IMG/VR virus record: IMGVR_UViG_3300048591_000302
Coordinates: 6,749-70,748 of that record
Length of the DNA stretch: 64,000 bases
Reading direction: 5' to 3' (one strand)
From: a virus
A program made the translations under genes and the position numbers. Every line of letters starts with the position of its first letter. Position 1 is the first letter of the stretch. The notes below the pieces were generated by a model. That model made no database searches. It saw only the letters and a program-made list of their open reading frames with translations, and was not told the origin of the DNA. Of this stretch, positions 48,065-58,470 are shown one piece after another.

Positions 48065-48903
48065 CAAATGAGACCTTTCTCTTTCAGTTCTTTGCGATGT
48101 TCACGCCACGCTTTCGGGTCTTTGGCGAGCTTGGCAACATCAAGAGTGCCGCCCGTTGAGCCGCCGGTATTGTTACCACCCGTACCGCCTGACGCTTTGC
48201 TTTTGAAGAGGTTGCCATACCGTTCAGTCATCTCACGCATCTTGGTCACCGCTTGACTCGGAGAGAGTACAACTTCCTTTGGTACTCCTTTCTCATCAGG
48301 CACAGTGATCTTGACGGTCGTGAGAAGATTGCCAGTGGACTTACCATCTTCACCAACTTCCTCGGAGAGTGCAGCCTTACCGATTAGCAAATCAACGATT
48401 TGACTTGCGTTGAATGCTTCCGCTTCGAGAGCAGCAGCAGTCAAATCCCTCTGGATGCGCTCACCGGTATACCGGTTCTTCCAAGTGTCACGTTCAGCCG
48501 AAGTGCTGGTGATTGCAGTCTTATGCTCGTCAAGAAGACGCTTCCGCTCGCGCTCAGCTTTCTCCTTGTCGGACATGTACTGATTCTGCAATCCTTCGAT
48601 GCGCTGATTCAGCGAATCAATCTCTTGCTGACTCAGATTCTTGCTACTCCGAAGAGTCTCAAGCTCTGTGACAAGAGTCTCATTCTGCTCGCGCAATTTT
48701 CTCTTGTTCTCAGCAAGGATGCTGTTGACCTCGACTTGCGTGAAGACTTTGCCAGTCGGCGCAGCTGCTTTTGCTTCAGCATCAGCTTTCGCCTTTGCTT
48801 CAGCTTCAGCTTTCGCTGCTTCAGCTTTGGCTGCTTCAGCTTTGGCTGCTGCTTCTGCATCATTGTCATACACCGGAACGAAACACTTGTAAGATGCCCT
48901 CAT
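48064..48903 (-). CDS. Capsid scaffolding protein
   Basis: EAAKA repeats, FTQVEVN, coiled coil and YGNLFK..GG.GG tail; GGGAG RBS before the ATG at 48903. Confidence 0.8.
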   Translation of the reverse strand: MRASYKCFVPVYDNDAEAAAKAEAAKAEAAKAEAEAKAKADAEAKAAAPTGKVFTQVEVNSILAENKRKLREQNETLVTELETLRSSKNLSQQEIDSLNQRIEGLQNQYMSDKEKAERERKRLLDEHKTAITSTSAERDTWKNRYTGERIQRDLTAAALEAEAFNASQIVDLLIGKAALSEEVGEDGKSTGNLLTTVKITVPDEKGVPKEVVLSPSQAVTKMREMTERYGNLFKSKASGGTGGNNTGGSTGGTLDVAKLAKDPKAWREHRKELKEKGLI

Positions 48904-48922
48904 TGTCCATCTCCCTTCAGCA

Positions 48923-49369
48923 TTAGTTGAGCCTATAGACACGCGCCGTATCACTATAGCTGAGGTATTGTTGAAGCAGACGCCAAGCAGTAGCTGACGG
49001 GATACCTGCCACAACATAGTGATCTGGCCTTGTGCGGTCATAGTTTGTTTTCACCGAAGCAAACGCGGATTGCACGACATTGAGATTCTCCTGTTCAATC
49101 TCTGGGTCGTAACCCTTCGACAGCTTGAGAGCGATCTCGCAGCAGGCATCCTTGATTGCTTGCGGTACGATCAAGTCTCCATTACGCGGAAACTCGTTTT
49201 CCTGACTTGCGTCAGTTTTGTCACCAATAAATGATAAAACATTAATCATCTTAGTCGCTGAATTAATAGCTTTTTGTTTATCTGAATCTCCCATCATGAA
49301 CCAATCATCAGTATTGAAGATGCTGTTTAAGTATTCATCTGCTTCCTCCAATGTTACATAAGGATTCAT
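48923..49369 (-). CDS. Head-tail adaptor (DnaT-like family)
   Basis: YVTLEEADEY...KQKA..SAT..I...F.G.K....Q..EFPR...VPQAIKDACCEIA. Confidence 0.8.
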   Translation of the reverse strand: MNPYVTLEEADEYLNSIFNTDDWFMMGDSDKQKAINSATKMINVLSFIGDKTDASQENEFPRNGDLIVPQAIKDACCEIALKLSKGYDPEIEQENLNVVQSAFASVKTNYDRTRPDHYVVAGIPSATAWRLLQQYLSYSDTARVYRLN

Positions 49370-49803
49370 TATTTAGCCTCCGTAATGATTACGTATTTCT
49401 TCATAAGTTCAATGCTCTCAGGCGTATGCGGCCAGAGATACCAGCCACCAGAACGTACGCCCAAGTAACAAGCATTCCTGCGTGACCAGCTGATTTCATG
49501 ATCTTTCATGATTTCAAGCATTATATCGTCACAATATTTCCGCGACTTATATTCGATAGCATAGAGCGCATCATGGACAAGGAAAGCCGCGATGCCTTTA
49601 CCCATACGTTCGATACGTGGACGATAGATCGCAGGAATGCTACCGAAATCAGTAATGAAACCGGGCTTGATCTCGATATTGAAATGCCCAGCTATCGTTC
49701 CGTAGAACGTTTCTGTAAGTTCCCAATCAGTGCCACTCCATTTCCCCCAGTCATTGCCTGGAAGTCTTGGAGTAGCGGTGATGTTTGTGAAATACATCTT
49801 CAT
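49369..49803 (-). CDS. DUF1353 family protein
   Basis: PGFITDFGSIP, AFLVHDALY and YLGVRSGG. Confidence 0.8.
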   Translation of the reverse strand: MKMYFTNITATPRLPGNDWGKWSGTDWELTETFYGTIAGHFNIEIKPGFITDFGSIPAIYRPRIERMGKGIAAFLVHDALYAIEYKSRKYCDDIMLEIMKDHEISWSRRNACYLGVRSGGWYLWPHTPESIELMKKYVIITEAK

Positions 49804-50147
49804 CGTGTGCCCAACCATGTAAAGAATGCGCCGACTATGGAACCACCCGTTGCTGATGCCCAAGCTACCATTTTGAGTGCGGTTGTTTTCTCTGTTTCAA
49901 TAATCAAGATACGATCTTCGATCTTCTTCATACGCTCTTCACCTTCACGAAGACGTTCTTGCATATCGTTGTCAATATCTTCGATCTGCTTTTTAATCCC
50001 TTCCATTTGTATTGCGATATAGCGAACGTCGTTCGCTATCGTAATCAATTGCTTTGTATGTTCCTGTACGAAATCAGCACAGGGAACGTTGGTGCGGCTA
50101 TTTAGCACCTCCTGCATCATTGCTCGTATTTCATCGCGTTCACTCAT
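49800..50147 (-). CDS. Coiled-coil protein with one C-terminal TM helix (XhlA/holin-like)
   Basis: Heptad region followed by a hydrophobic tail. Confidence 0.45.
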   Translation of the reverse strand: MSERDEIRAMMQEVLNSRTNVPCADFVQEHTKQLITIANDVRYIAIQMEGIKKQIEDIDNDMQERLREGEERMKKIEDRILIIETEKTTALKMVAWASATGGSIVGAFFTWLGTR

Positions 50148-50467
50148 TCGGCGGTGTCCTCTATGGTTGCATCCGTAAATCTTGGATCAGCCAACAGGAG
50201 TCCGATAACCTCCTGTACGAGTGTGGCATAGCTCGGAAGCTGAGACACGTCCGGAACGTCCACGATGATCGCACCTTTCGATGCATCCTTCATTGCGTTA
50301 AGAGTATCTTTGCTCTTCCAGCTTCGAATGATTACCTGAGCAGGTTGCGCGAAGACCACGTTCGGGTCTTGCCTTTCAGCGAAAAGCTGAACATTGATGT
50401 TCATCGCAACCTGCGCTGTTGTATCGAAGCCCTGCGAATTCTCGATTGTCTTGCCTAAGAATTTCAT
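50144..50467 (-). CDS. Fibre-associated small protein B
   Basis: Follows fibre 2; similar to 53790-54131. Confidence 0.5.
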   Translation of the reverse strand: MKFLGKTIENSQGFDTTAQVAMNINVQLFAERQDPNVVFAQPAQVIIRSWKSKDTLNAMKDASKGAIIVDVPDVSQLPSYATLVQEVIGLLLADPRFTDATIEDTAE

Positions 50468-53337
50468 GTTTGTGTCCCCACTACTGTTCCTGATGTTGTT
50501 CCGACGTGTGCAGAAGTTGAACTGATGCGTAATCTGCCGTTGTCATCAACCCAGATAAAATACACATCGCCATTTGCGCAACTAAATTGACCATATCCAG
50601 CAAAAACATTAATTGCATTCTTTCTCACCCCGATGGCTGCACTTCTATTTGTCGAGGAGTAAGCCGCCACCGCTTGAACTGCGCAGAGCTCATTTGTATC
50701 AAGATTTGTGTGCTGCACTCGAAGAATTGGACTGCCAGCGGCTGCGAGACAAGCTGTTGTGGTTTTGCCTGATGGCGTAATCTCAAGAATACCGCCACTT
50801 GTTGTTTCAATTTGGGTACGGACACTACCGGCAGTGTAAGTAAGCATCAACTGCGGATTTGTCGCGTCAAGAACTTCAAGCCGTGCATTGGCTGAGGCGT
50901 TCCCGCGATTGATTCCGATCATCCCGTCCTTGTCGATGCGCATACGTTCTGTTGTTGAAGTGCCACCGGCATTAGTTGAGAACCGTAGAGAACCGGGCAT
51001 TGCAGAAGCACCGGGAGCGCCATTAGTGTAGGCTTGAATCCGTGCGCCTTCAAGCATACGATCAGAACCGTTTGCACCCTGAAAGAATAGACCGCCCAAT
51101 GAGTCGGCGGAACCGGGCAAAGTAAAGCTCCCTATGACATTACCACGTGATTTTCCGAAAGCGATCCCCGGACCGCTTGCATCAACAGAATTACGCATCA
51201 GTGAGGAAGTGGAGCTATTGGAACCAGTCCCTTCCTGTTGGATTTTGAAATCAAATCCTGTTCCGTTGAACCAACCGTCTCTAGCAGCTGTAAGACCGAG
51301 CAACAATGCGCCAGACGGAGACAAACGCATTCTTTCAGTGGTAATGGCATCGGCATTATTTGTTCTGAACACCAAGGCAGTCGATAGGCTACCCTCTGAT
51401 GCGTTGCTTGTCACCAGACCCTGTATGGCGGCACCATCCAGCATCTTTGTGCCATCAGCACCATTGAAGGAAATGTATCCCAACATGTTTCCTGCCGTGA
51501 CAGCAGTCACCCCACCAACGGAACCACTTTTAGATCTTCCAAGCGTCAAATATGGGCAGGTCGAATCGACTGTGCCATTTGCAACCAATGACATGGAACT
51601 GCTTGTGAAATCAGTACCTTCGATCTGCAGAACATGTGGATAAGCTGTAGCGGAATTGTAGAAATCGGCTCGGCTGGTAGTAATACCAAGGAGAAGACGA
51701 CCGTTAGATAAAAGCCGCATTCTTTCATTGAGTCCGCCAGTCGAGAACTTGAGGAAGCCCGAGGTTTGTTGTTGCTGGATGTCGGTGTAATAACCATCCG
51801 TGCTATTGCCTGAACATTCGAGTCTAAAACCGCCTGTTCCGTTATATACCGGAATATCAATAATTGTTTTGACTCCTGCCGCATTGGGTGCTTCATTGAA
51901 TATTCTGGCCGCCGCAAATGATCCTCCCTCGACTGTCCCGATGATATGAACAGGAAACGTTGGATTGAACGTCGCCTTGTCCCCTGCAGCGATCCCAAGA
52001 CGTGACGCCGAAAGCCTGAAATCGTTTGTTGTGATTATCAAATCACTCATAAGATTCCAAGTGCCACCAAGCGGCATCTTGGTGACGGCGAGATTCGTGA
52101 ACGCCGATTCGTATATTCCTGTGTGCAGATGATCTCCGGCGGCTATTTGTCCAGCACTTGTCCCTATGGCAAGTGACACCAAAAGATTATTGGCGTCAAG
52201 ACCGAGAACTGTGTTTGCAGTCAAGTCAGCGAAACTGATTGCAGAAGCAGGATGCGAATTTGGTTCGGAACGTCCGGAGAGTGCATTGTGCGTTGTGGGA
52301 GACACTCCCGAAATTTGGATACGGGACGATCGGATATTGACGACTTCAACAAGATTCGTGTTGACCGACGCTCCGCCAGTTACCCTGCGATATGTGGCTC
52401 TGCCTACAATCACAAACTCTTGGAAAGCCAGATTACCCCAAGAAATGCTGGCGGGATCTTCACCTTGAGCAGCGGCAAGCGAACCATGGACATTCTGACC
52501 CATCACCGCGAATGTCTGCCATTCCGCACCGGTTCCATCTAGTTTCCTTACAGGAGCAACTACAAGCCAATAGTTGAACCAATTGTTGTTTGCCGTGATT
52601 GCAGCAAGTGACCAGCTACCCTCGTTCAAGAGATTGTAATACGGATTCGTTGCATTGTCGTGAATACCATTGACGGATGTGTCGATCCAATCCCAATTAT
52701 CTACTCCAGAGCGGAATAGAATACGATACGGACCACCAGAAATAGCTTCACCTATTTCCGTGTAGATATCTTCATCAACAAATGTTCCTTCAGTAACCGC
52801 CCAAGCAGTAGCCGGAGCTACACCAGAAGCAGCGCAACCAGAAACGATTCTGGAACCACTGGTCAGATGATCGTGTTTGTGATTTGCCTCTGACATCCCA
52901 CGATTGGTAACCGTATTAGATGGGTGTCGTTCTTCAAACGAAAGTGCCTTGACACTAGTTGCATTGTAATAGATGTAGTCAAGCTGTGCCGTCGTGTCGA
53001 TGTTCCACACTGTTTGAGATACTGTGAGAACTCCTCCATCGGCATAATACAAAAACCACGTTCCAGAAGTGATTGCGTGAGCAGTCGTGGAAACTTCACC
53101 TTCTTTGACATAACGGACACCATTGACCCAGACAGCTGCACCAGTCGCACCCGTAACGGTGAAAATGCGCGTTGCTGGATCATACGCGACCGTGAACTTC
53201 GACGGATCTTCCAATCCATTGCTGAAGATCGAGCCGAAATCAGCATCAGACACCATTGCTTTGAAATTAGCAAAGGTGTCCGGAGTATGATTGTCCGTAT
53301 TTCCTATAGCATGATTTTGTACGTGATGCGATGGCAT
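50464..53337 (-). CDS. Fibre / receptor-binding protein 2
   Basis: 957 aa, G/S/T/A-rich, repeated F.T....ERMR(L/I) units and HNALSGRS..NSHPASAI. Confidence 0.75.
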   Translation of the reverse strand: MPSHHVQNHAIGNTDNHTPDTFANFKAMVSDADFGSIFSNGLEDPSKFTVAYDPATRIFTVTGATGAAVWVNGVRYVKEGEVSTTAHAITSGTWFLYYADGGVLTVSQTVWNIDTTAQLDYIYYNATSVKALSFEERHPSNTVTNRGMSEANHKHDHLTSGSRIVSGCAASGVAPATAWAVTEGTFVDEDIYTEIGEAISGGPYRILFRSGVDNWDWIDTSVNGIHDNATNPYYNLLNEGSWSLAAITANNNWFNYWLVVAPVRKLDGTGAEWQTFAVMGQNVHGSLAAAQGEDPASISWGNLAFQEFVIVGRATYRRVTGGASVNTNLVEVVNIRSSRIQISGVSPTTHNALSGRSEPNSHPASAISFADLTANTVLGLDANNLLVSLAIGTSAGQIAAGDHLHTGIYESAFTNLAVTKMPLGGTWNLMSDLIITTNDFRLSASRLGIAAGDKATFNPTFPVHIIGTVEGGSFAAARIFNEAPNAAGVKTIIDIPVYNGTGGFRLECSGNSTDGYYTDIQQQQTSGFLKFSTGGLNERMRLLSNGRLLLGITTSRADFYNSATAYPHVLQIEGTDFTSSSMSLVANGTVDSTCPYLTLGRSKSGSVGGVTAVTAGNMLGYISFNGADGTKMLDGAAIQGLVTSNASEGSLSTALVFRTNNADAITTERMRLSPSGALLLGLTAARDGWFNGTGFDFKIQQEGTGSNSSTSSLMRNSVDASGPGIAFGKSRGNVIGSFTLPGSADSLGGLFFQGANGSDRMLEGARIQAYTNGAPGASAMPGSLRFSTNAGGTSTTERMRIDKDGMIGINRGNASANARLEVLDATNPQLMLTYTAGSVRTQIETTSGGILEITPSGKTTTACLAAAGSPILRVQHTNLDTNELCAVQAVAAYSSTNRSAAIGVRKNAINVFAGYGQFSCANGDVYFIWVDDNGRLRISSTSAHVGTTSGTVVGTQT

Positions 53338-53340
53338 TTC

Positions 53341-53793
53341 TTACTCCTTAAAGGACTCGACTGCTTCGCTCGTTTGCATTTTGTAGGCTTCTTTGCTCAT
53401 GCCGATAGCTTTCAGCTTATCAGCTTCATCCAAATATTGTGAATCAAACAATGCTACAGTATTAAGCGAACGACCTTCGCCACGGAGCAAAGAGACATCC
53501 TTGAGACCAAACGTATTGAAATAGTTTTGACCGCGACGAACTCTCGCCGAATCATACCGACCATAACGGAGCAGGACTGTTGGGCTATATGTAGTATGGT
53601 CATAGGCGATTTGGAAACCGAATACCTTGCCGCCATAGTAGGTGGAATTGTCGTATTCCAGAGTACGTTCTGTGATTATCGAATCATACGTCCCATTCGG
53701 AAGTAGTACCACTTGATACTTGGTAACATCCTTGGTTGGTGTCGCACAACCAGCAAGAAGCAAAGCCAAAATGATTATGTAAGCATACTTCAT
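53341..53793 (-). CDS. Lipoprotein
   Basis: MK + hydrophobic stretch + LAGC lipobox. Confidence 0.75.
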   Translation of the reverse strand: MKYAYIIILALLLAGCATPTKDVTKYQVVLLPNGTYDSIITERTLEYDNSTYYGGKVFGFQIAYDHTTYSPTVLLRYGRYDSARVRRGQNYFNTFGLKDVSLLRGEGRSLNTVALFDSQYLDEADKLKAIGMSKEAYKMQTSEAVESFKE

Positions 53794-54131
53794 ATTGCTG
53801 AGTCCTTTATTTCTGCTCCGATGAAATCTTCATTGGTGAGAACGGTCTCTGCAACCATTAGAAGCATCGTCGGGTAGCATTCACAGGTTTCAATATTGTC
53901 TTTTCGAACGATTTTGATTGCCGAAGCGACTGGAGGTGCCTTAGCAAGCCACGCTTCCTTGGTAGCGAAACCGATGAGTGTGATTTCAGCATACTGATTG
54001 AATTGCTGAGGATCATTAACACCCTCTTGCAAATAATATGGATCGTACGTGATGATGTTCACGCGAGTGATGACCCAACATTGTGCCGTTGTATAATCCC
54101 GTTGCGTCAGAAGTTTGTCAAACCATTTCAT
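53790..54131 (-). CDS. Fibre-associated small protein A
   Basis: Follows fibre 1; AAGGAG RBS. Confidence 0.5.
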   Translation of the reverse strand: MKWFDKLLTQRDYTTAQCWVITRVNIITYDPYYLQEGVNDPQQFNQYAEITLIGFATKEAWLAKAPPVASAIKIVRKDNIETCECYPTMLLMVAETVLTNEDFIGAEIKDSAI

Positions 54132-54141
54132 GATGTCTCCT

Positions 54142-57100
54142 TTAGCTTAGTTCTACTGCAACTTGATCTCCTGCTCCACGACGGTACAGGAAATATACTT
54201 TGTTTGAATCGTCCGTATCAATCCAGATTGCCATGTTTCCATTGGCGGCAAGCACAGGTTCAGTGTCTTGTGCATACTGCTTCAAATTGATTTCAGAATC
54301 AAACTTGATGGAGTTGGCAATATTATAGATCGCCCCTGTGGTCTTGATTCCAAGAACCAACGCATCCGCGTTTGTCTTCCAGTGCGTCAGATCGGCTGTT
54401 TGCACGGCTGACTGCTTGAAAAGAACATTGGGCAGATCGTTCGCAAGACCGCCGAAGAATGAAACGTAATAACCTAAAGCCGGAGTGTTCTCGGTAATAC
54501 TGTCATGACCGAATCCGACTCTTGAGTATCTTCCAGATACTGCGCCTGCATGATCTATCTGATAGAGATACGTATAAGAGTTAGCCGTATGCAGTCTTAC
54601 AAATCTCCCAATCGGAGCTTGGAATATGGCGCTGGCATCCGTCATATTCAGATGATTGCAGTTGGCAATATTCATGCCTGTTCCGGTTGTCGTCATTGTC
54701 ATAGGCGTAGCCGTCCCTAAGCGAGGTATCGAGATTGCGCAAGCACTCTGCGTTGTTCCAACATAGAGCGTTCTTGATGCTCCTGAAAGGGTCAGGTTGC
54801 CAACAACAGATGTCGGAGCGTTGATTGTAAGAGAAGGAGTGTCGAACTCACCATAGATCAACGGAGTGATAGTCGGGCTATTGGCAATATACAGCTTATT
54901 CGATCCTATTTCATTATATCCTGCTTGATAACCTATGGCAACATTTCCTGCTCCTGATATCGAAGAATACAATGCTTGGTAGCCTATGGCTACATTGTTT
55001 GAGCCACCGGAGACGGTGTACAGAGCTTGGCTTCCTACGGCTACGTTGTAACTCTGTGATCCGTTCAACCGAAGAGCGTTTGCTCCTATAGCTACGTTAT
55101 CTGAACCTGTGGTGCCGGATAGCATTGCACATAGACCGACGGCGACGTTGCTGCTGCCTGTAGTATTGGCATTTAATGCGTTTCTGCCGAGAACCGAATT
55201 GGAAGTCCCGGTGGTGTTAGACGCCATCGAACCGTGTCCGACCGATGTGTTGGAACCTCCCTTCGTATTCGCAGTCAACACATTTACACCAACGCCCGTA
55301 TTGTATGACGCCTCAGCAACGGCTGTCGCCGTACTCCCCATCGTGAAGTTTCCGGAGTTCACACCAACAAATGTGTTTTCTCCTGCTGTCGTGATTGCTC
55401 CAGAAACTCCCCAATTGAAGTTATGGATGAAGCGATCTGCTCCCTTATAGATTACGCCATACTGAGTAGTTTTAGCTGTGTTGTCCAACTGAAAACTACC
55501 AGTGGACACATGAAGCAATCCGGTGATACGAAGAAGTGGTGTATTGAACTCACCGTAAATAAGTGGGGTGACTGTATTGCTATTGGCAATTATCAAACGA
55601 TCCGATTCAGTGGTAAGAGTAGCTCCAGCCTGAAGACCTATCAAAACATTTCTTGAGCCGGTTGTAAGATTTTGTCCAGCGGCATAGCCGACACCCACAT
55701 TGCTCAGTGCTGACGTAATCAAGCCACCAGCATATGTTCCGAAGAAGCAGTTGTTCGCAGCAGAATTTCCAGCTGCATTCGGACCCATACCCGTGTTCAT
55801 GCCGAAGAAGCAGTTGTCGCTTCCTTGATTGAAACGTCCGGATTGATAACCATATGCACTCACTCTTGACTTGGAGTGTGCAGCGTATCCGCTGCCGGCA
55901 GTAACACCCACAAAAGTGTTGTTATCGCCTCCTGTGACGTTAAAACCTGATTGCAGACCAACTGAAGTAGAGGTGCCGGAGACGGCTTTGGCAGATACAC
56001 CTATTGCGGTGGAACTGGTTCCGGTCGCATCTGCGTTTACTCCGAACTTCTCTGAGTTGACACCGACACCGGGACAGGTCAATGTTCCGTTCACACGAAG
56101 TAGAGCATTGTCGAACTCACCATAGATAAGCGGTGTTGAGGTTGCACTATTGGCAACATACAGTTTGTTGGAGCCGGTTTCAGCGTACCCTGCTTGATAA
56201 CCGAGGAACAGATTGCCTGATCCAAGGTTTTTGTATCCGGCTTTATATCCAAGAGAGGAGTTGTAATTACCAAGTACGTTCAGCGCCAACCCACCACCGC
56301 CATAGACTGCGTTTTGAACGCCTGCGACGTTCTTGGTGTATGCGCCATTTCCGACGACAGTGTTTTCGGAACCGCTCACGTGATCATTCATCGTGCCGGA
56401 ACCAATGACCACGTTATAATTTCCGGTTGTCATGTTACGGGCGGCTGCTCTTCCCATGACAGTATTGTGAATGCCGATGTTGATCTGCCAACCGGCTTCA
56501 TAACCAAAACAACTGTTGAACGCGCCTACCGTAACCTCCTGAAGTGCTTCCAGACCGTAGCCGGTATTCTGTCTGCCTGAACACCACATGCCGGAGCTGC
56601 CACCGAAGAACGTACTGGAATTACTTCCAGCATAGAGCGGTGAGCGAACCTGCATCCGATCACCGAAATGCAGATACGGGGTCACTTCGGTTGTATACTC
56701 GAACAGGGTTATCGCGGCTCTGCCGTTCCAAGTGCTGAGAGTCGGTATGATCTTGAAGCTGTCCGTGGTTGTCGCAAGACCAGCTATTGCAAATGTTCCA
56801 TTGCCATTGGCAGCTACGGACATACCGCCAAATGTGATTGTACAGCCACTGGTTGTTCTTTCAGAAATGACTACCTGAGCATAATAACGGACACCAATGG
56901 TAGCAGGAACGTCGTGGGAAAGGACATCCACATTATCGGCGATATGTTTCCAGCCAGTAGCCCAATCATCCGTCCAGCCGGTTGAAGTCCAGGCGTCGCC
57001 GGCCGTAATGAGTTGTGGTCCGACCAATGGAAGGTCATTGCCGGCGTTCCCGTTGATCTTGAGATTGTCCGTGTTCGTCGGGTAGAGCAGACTGTTTAGA

Positions 57101-58149
57101 GCATCTCGTGTCCAGTAGCCAAGTTCTGTATTGTCCACCTTCGCCCAACCAGTTGTGGTCTTGATTGCGTAATCATTGACCTGCCAATCGGTGATACCGC
57201 CGAGATCAGTTGTGCCAGCAACCGAGACGATCCACATACCACCGATATCTGTTTCACCAGTGATATCAGGAGTATTAGTGTCTGCATCCCAGTTACCTCT
57301 AAGATGAAGAGGATCAAGACCAAGAAATTCGAGTCCAGATTCATCGGCTTTGACGCGAACGAACTTGTTCGCTTGGCTCAGATATGAGGCAGGCGTATCG
57401 CCGAGTGCGGTGAAAGACTTCGGAATATAGGCTTTGAGAGCCTTCTGTGACGCTACGCGGGTATCAGAGTCTGCGGCGAGCAATGGATCAGTATCGAGAT
57501 ATGACAACGGCATTTGTTGTACATTATCGAGATTGCTTAATCCAACGTCACTCTTAGTTGCGTCGGCGAAAATAAGCCCGTCCGAAGTGGCCTTCACACG
57601 AACGAATCGATTTGGCGAACCGATATAGGTGGACGGTGTGTCTGAAAGAGCTGTGAAGGTTGACACTACGGACGGGACATATGTTAGCTTGGTACCATCG
57701 TACTGTAACGATTTACCAATAGCAATATCTGTGTTGTCAACAGGGATTCCCTGTATTTGATTTGCATTCCATTGGGCAGTAGCATTGCCGACTTGTGCTG
57801 CTGTAACCTGATGTGGATTCAGTGTATTGCTTACGTGAGCATCAAGCTGAGCATGGCTCAGAGTTCCGATACCGCTTAGTTCACTATGAGCTGGTTGTAC
57901 GTACTCGATAGCTTCTTCAGCCGCATTCACGCGCGCGTATTTCAAGGCTGAACCGAGCAGACTCGGTAGTATCACTAGAGTGGTCGGTTGCCACATACCT
58001 GACGTGAATTGGAGAAGCTGTGCTTCCTGTGGCGTCACAGCAGCAATAGGGTAACTCTGCAAGGCAGTAGCATTACCAGTAAACTGGGAGATACCAGTTT
58101 TATTGATTAGATAAGTACGCTTGTAGAGTTTGATTTTGTAATCAGACAT
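54142..58149 (-). CDS. Fibre / adhesin-like protein 1 with beta-roll repeats
   Basis: NPHQVTAAQVG, FTAL.DTP twice, many 14-aa NxAxGxxA repeats and TPLIYGEF three times. Confidence 0.8.
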   Translation of the reverse strand: MSDYKIKLYKRTYLINKTGISQFTGNATALQSYPIAAVTPQEAQLLQFTSGMWQPTTLVILPSLLGSALKYARVNAAEEAIEYVQPAHSELSGIGTLSHAQLDAHVSNTLNPHQVTAAQVGNATAQWNANQIQGIPVDNTDIAIGKSLQYDGTKLTYVPSVVSTFTALSDTPSTYIGSPNRFVRVKATSDGLIFADATKSDVGLSNLDNVQQMPLSYLDTDPLLAADSDTRVASQKALKAYIPKSFTALGDTPASYLSQANKFVRVKADESGLEFLGLDPLHLRGNWDADTNTPDITGETDIGGMWIVSVAGTTDLGGITDWQVNDYAIKTTTGWAKVDNTELGYWTRDALNSLLYPTNTDNLKINGNAGNDLPLVGPQLITAGDAWTSTGWTDDWATGWKHIADNVDVLSHDVPATIGVRYYAQVVISERTTSGCTITFGGMSVAANGNGTFAIAGLATTTDSFKIIPTLSTWNGRAAITLFEYTTEVTPYLHFGDRMQVRSPLYAGSNSSTFFGGSSGMWCSGRQNTGYGLEALQEVTVGAFNSCFGYEAGWQINIGIHNTVMGRAAARNMTTGNYNVVIGSGTMNDHVSGSENTVVGNGAYTKNVAGVQNAVYGGGGLALNVLGNYNSSLGYKAGYKNLGSGNLFLGYQAGYAETGSNKLYVANSATSTPLIYGEFDNALLRVNGTLTCPGVGVNSEKFGVNADATGTSSTAIGVSAKAVSGTSTSVGLQSGFNVTGGDNNTFVGVTAGSGYAAHSKSRVSAYGYQSGRFNQGSDNCFFGMNTGMGPNAAGNSAANNCFFGTYAGGLITSALSNVGVGYAAGQNLTTGSRNVLIGLQAGATLTTESDRLIIANSNTVTPLIYGEFNTPLLRITGLLHVSTGSFQLDNTAKTTQYGVIYKGADRFIHNFNWGVSGAITTAGENTFVGVNSGNFTMGSTATAVAEASYNTGVGVNVLTANTKGGSNTSVGHGSMASNTTGTSNSVLGRNALNANTTGSSNVAVGLCAMLSGTTGSDNVAIGANALRLNGSQSYNVAVGSQALYTVSGGSNNVAIGYQALYSSISGAGNVAIGYQAGYNEIGSNKLYIANSPTITPLIYGEFDTPSLTINAPTSVVGNLTLSGASRTLYVGTTQSACAISIPRLGTATPMTMTTTGTGMNIANCNHLNMTDASAIFQAPIGRFVRLHTANSYTYLYQIDHAGAVSGRYSRVGFGHDSITENTPALGYYVSFFGGLANDLPNVLFKQSAVQTADLTHWKTNADALVLGIKTTGAIYNIANSIKFDSEINLKQYAQDTEPVLAANGNMAIWIDTDDSNKVYFLYRRGAGDQVAVELS

Positions 58150-58462
58150 CAGCTGGTCCTCTCTTCACGATTACATCACCCATGTCAAACGTTTCTCTGG
58201 AGCCGTCTGCTCCATTTAGTACGAACTCATACGAGTACTTCTGCGCCGGAACATCCGTCTCAGAAGTATCAAGCATGAATACGAATTGCGGAAAACTGGT
58301 CGGATCAATCGGAAGGATATTCTTGCTGATAATAGCTGTTTCTTCATTCAAGGAACGCTTCATAGCGAAGTCGATAGACATGCCAGTAACGTCAACGACA
58401 CCAGCATCGTCGCGGATGTCAATGTTATACCGAACTGTACGTTTCGCTACGAAGTCGTCCAT
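58142..58462 (-). CDS. BppU-N-like Ig-fold virion protein
   Basis: VDVTG..IDFAMK...LDTSET....KYSYE....G.V.V pattern. Confidence 0.55.
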   Translation of the reverse strand: MDDFVAKRTVRYNIDIRDDAGVVDVTGMSIDFAMKRSLNEETAIISKNILPIDPTSFPQFVFMLDTSETDVPAQKYSYEFVLNGADGSRETFDMGDVIVKRGPADV

Positions 58463-58470
58463 TGTTTTCC

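Noticed and set aside
46742-48256. 504-aa plus-strand ORF
   Set aside because: Antisense shadow of the codon-biased capsid gene; no motifs or RBS.
48904-49041. N-terminal extension of the scaffold ORF in the track
   Set aside because: Overlaps the adaptor gene; the ATG at 48903 has a good RBS.
50464-58149. Diversity-generating retroelement or invertible fibre switch
   Set aside because: No reverse transcriptase or invertase, and no near-identical TR/VR pair or inverted crossover sites were seen by eye.
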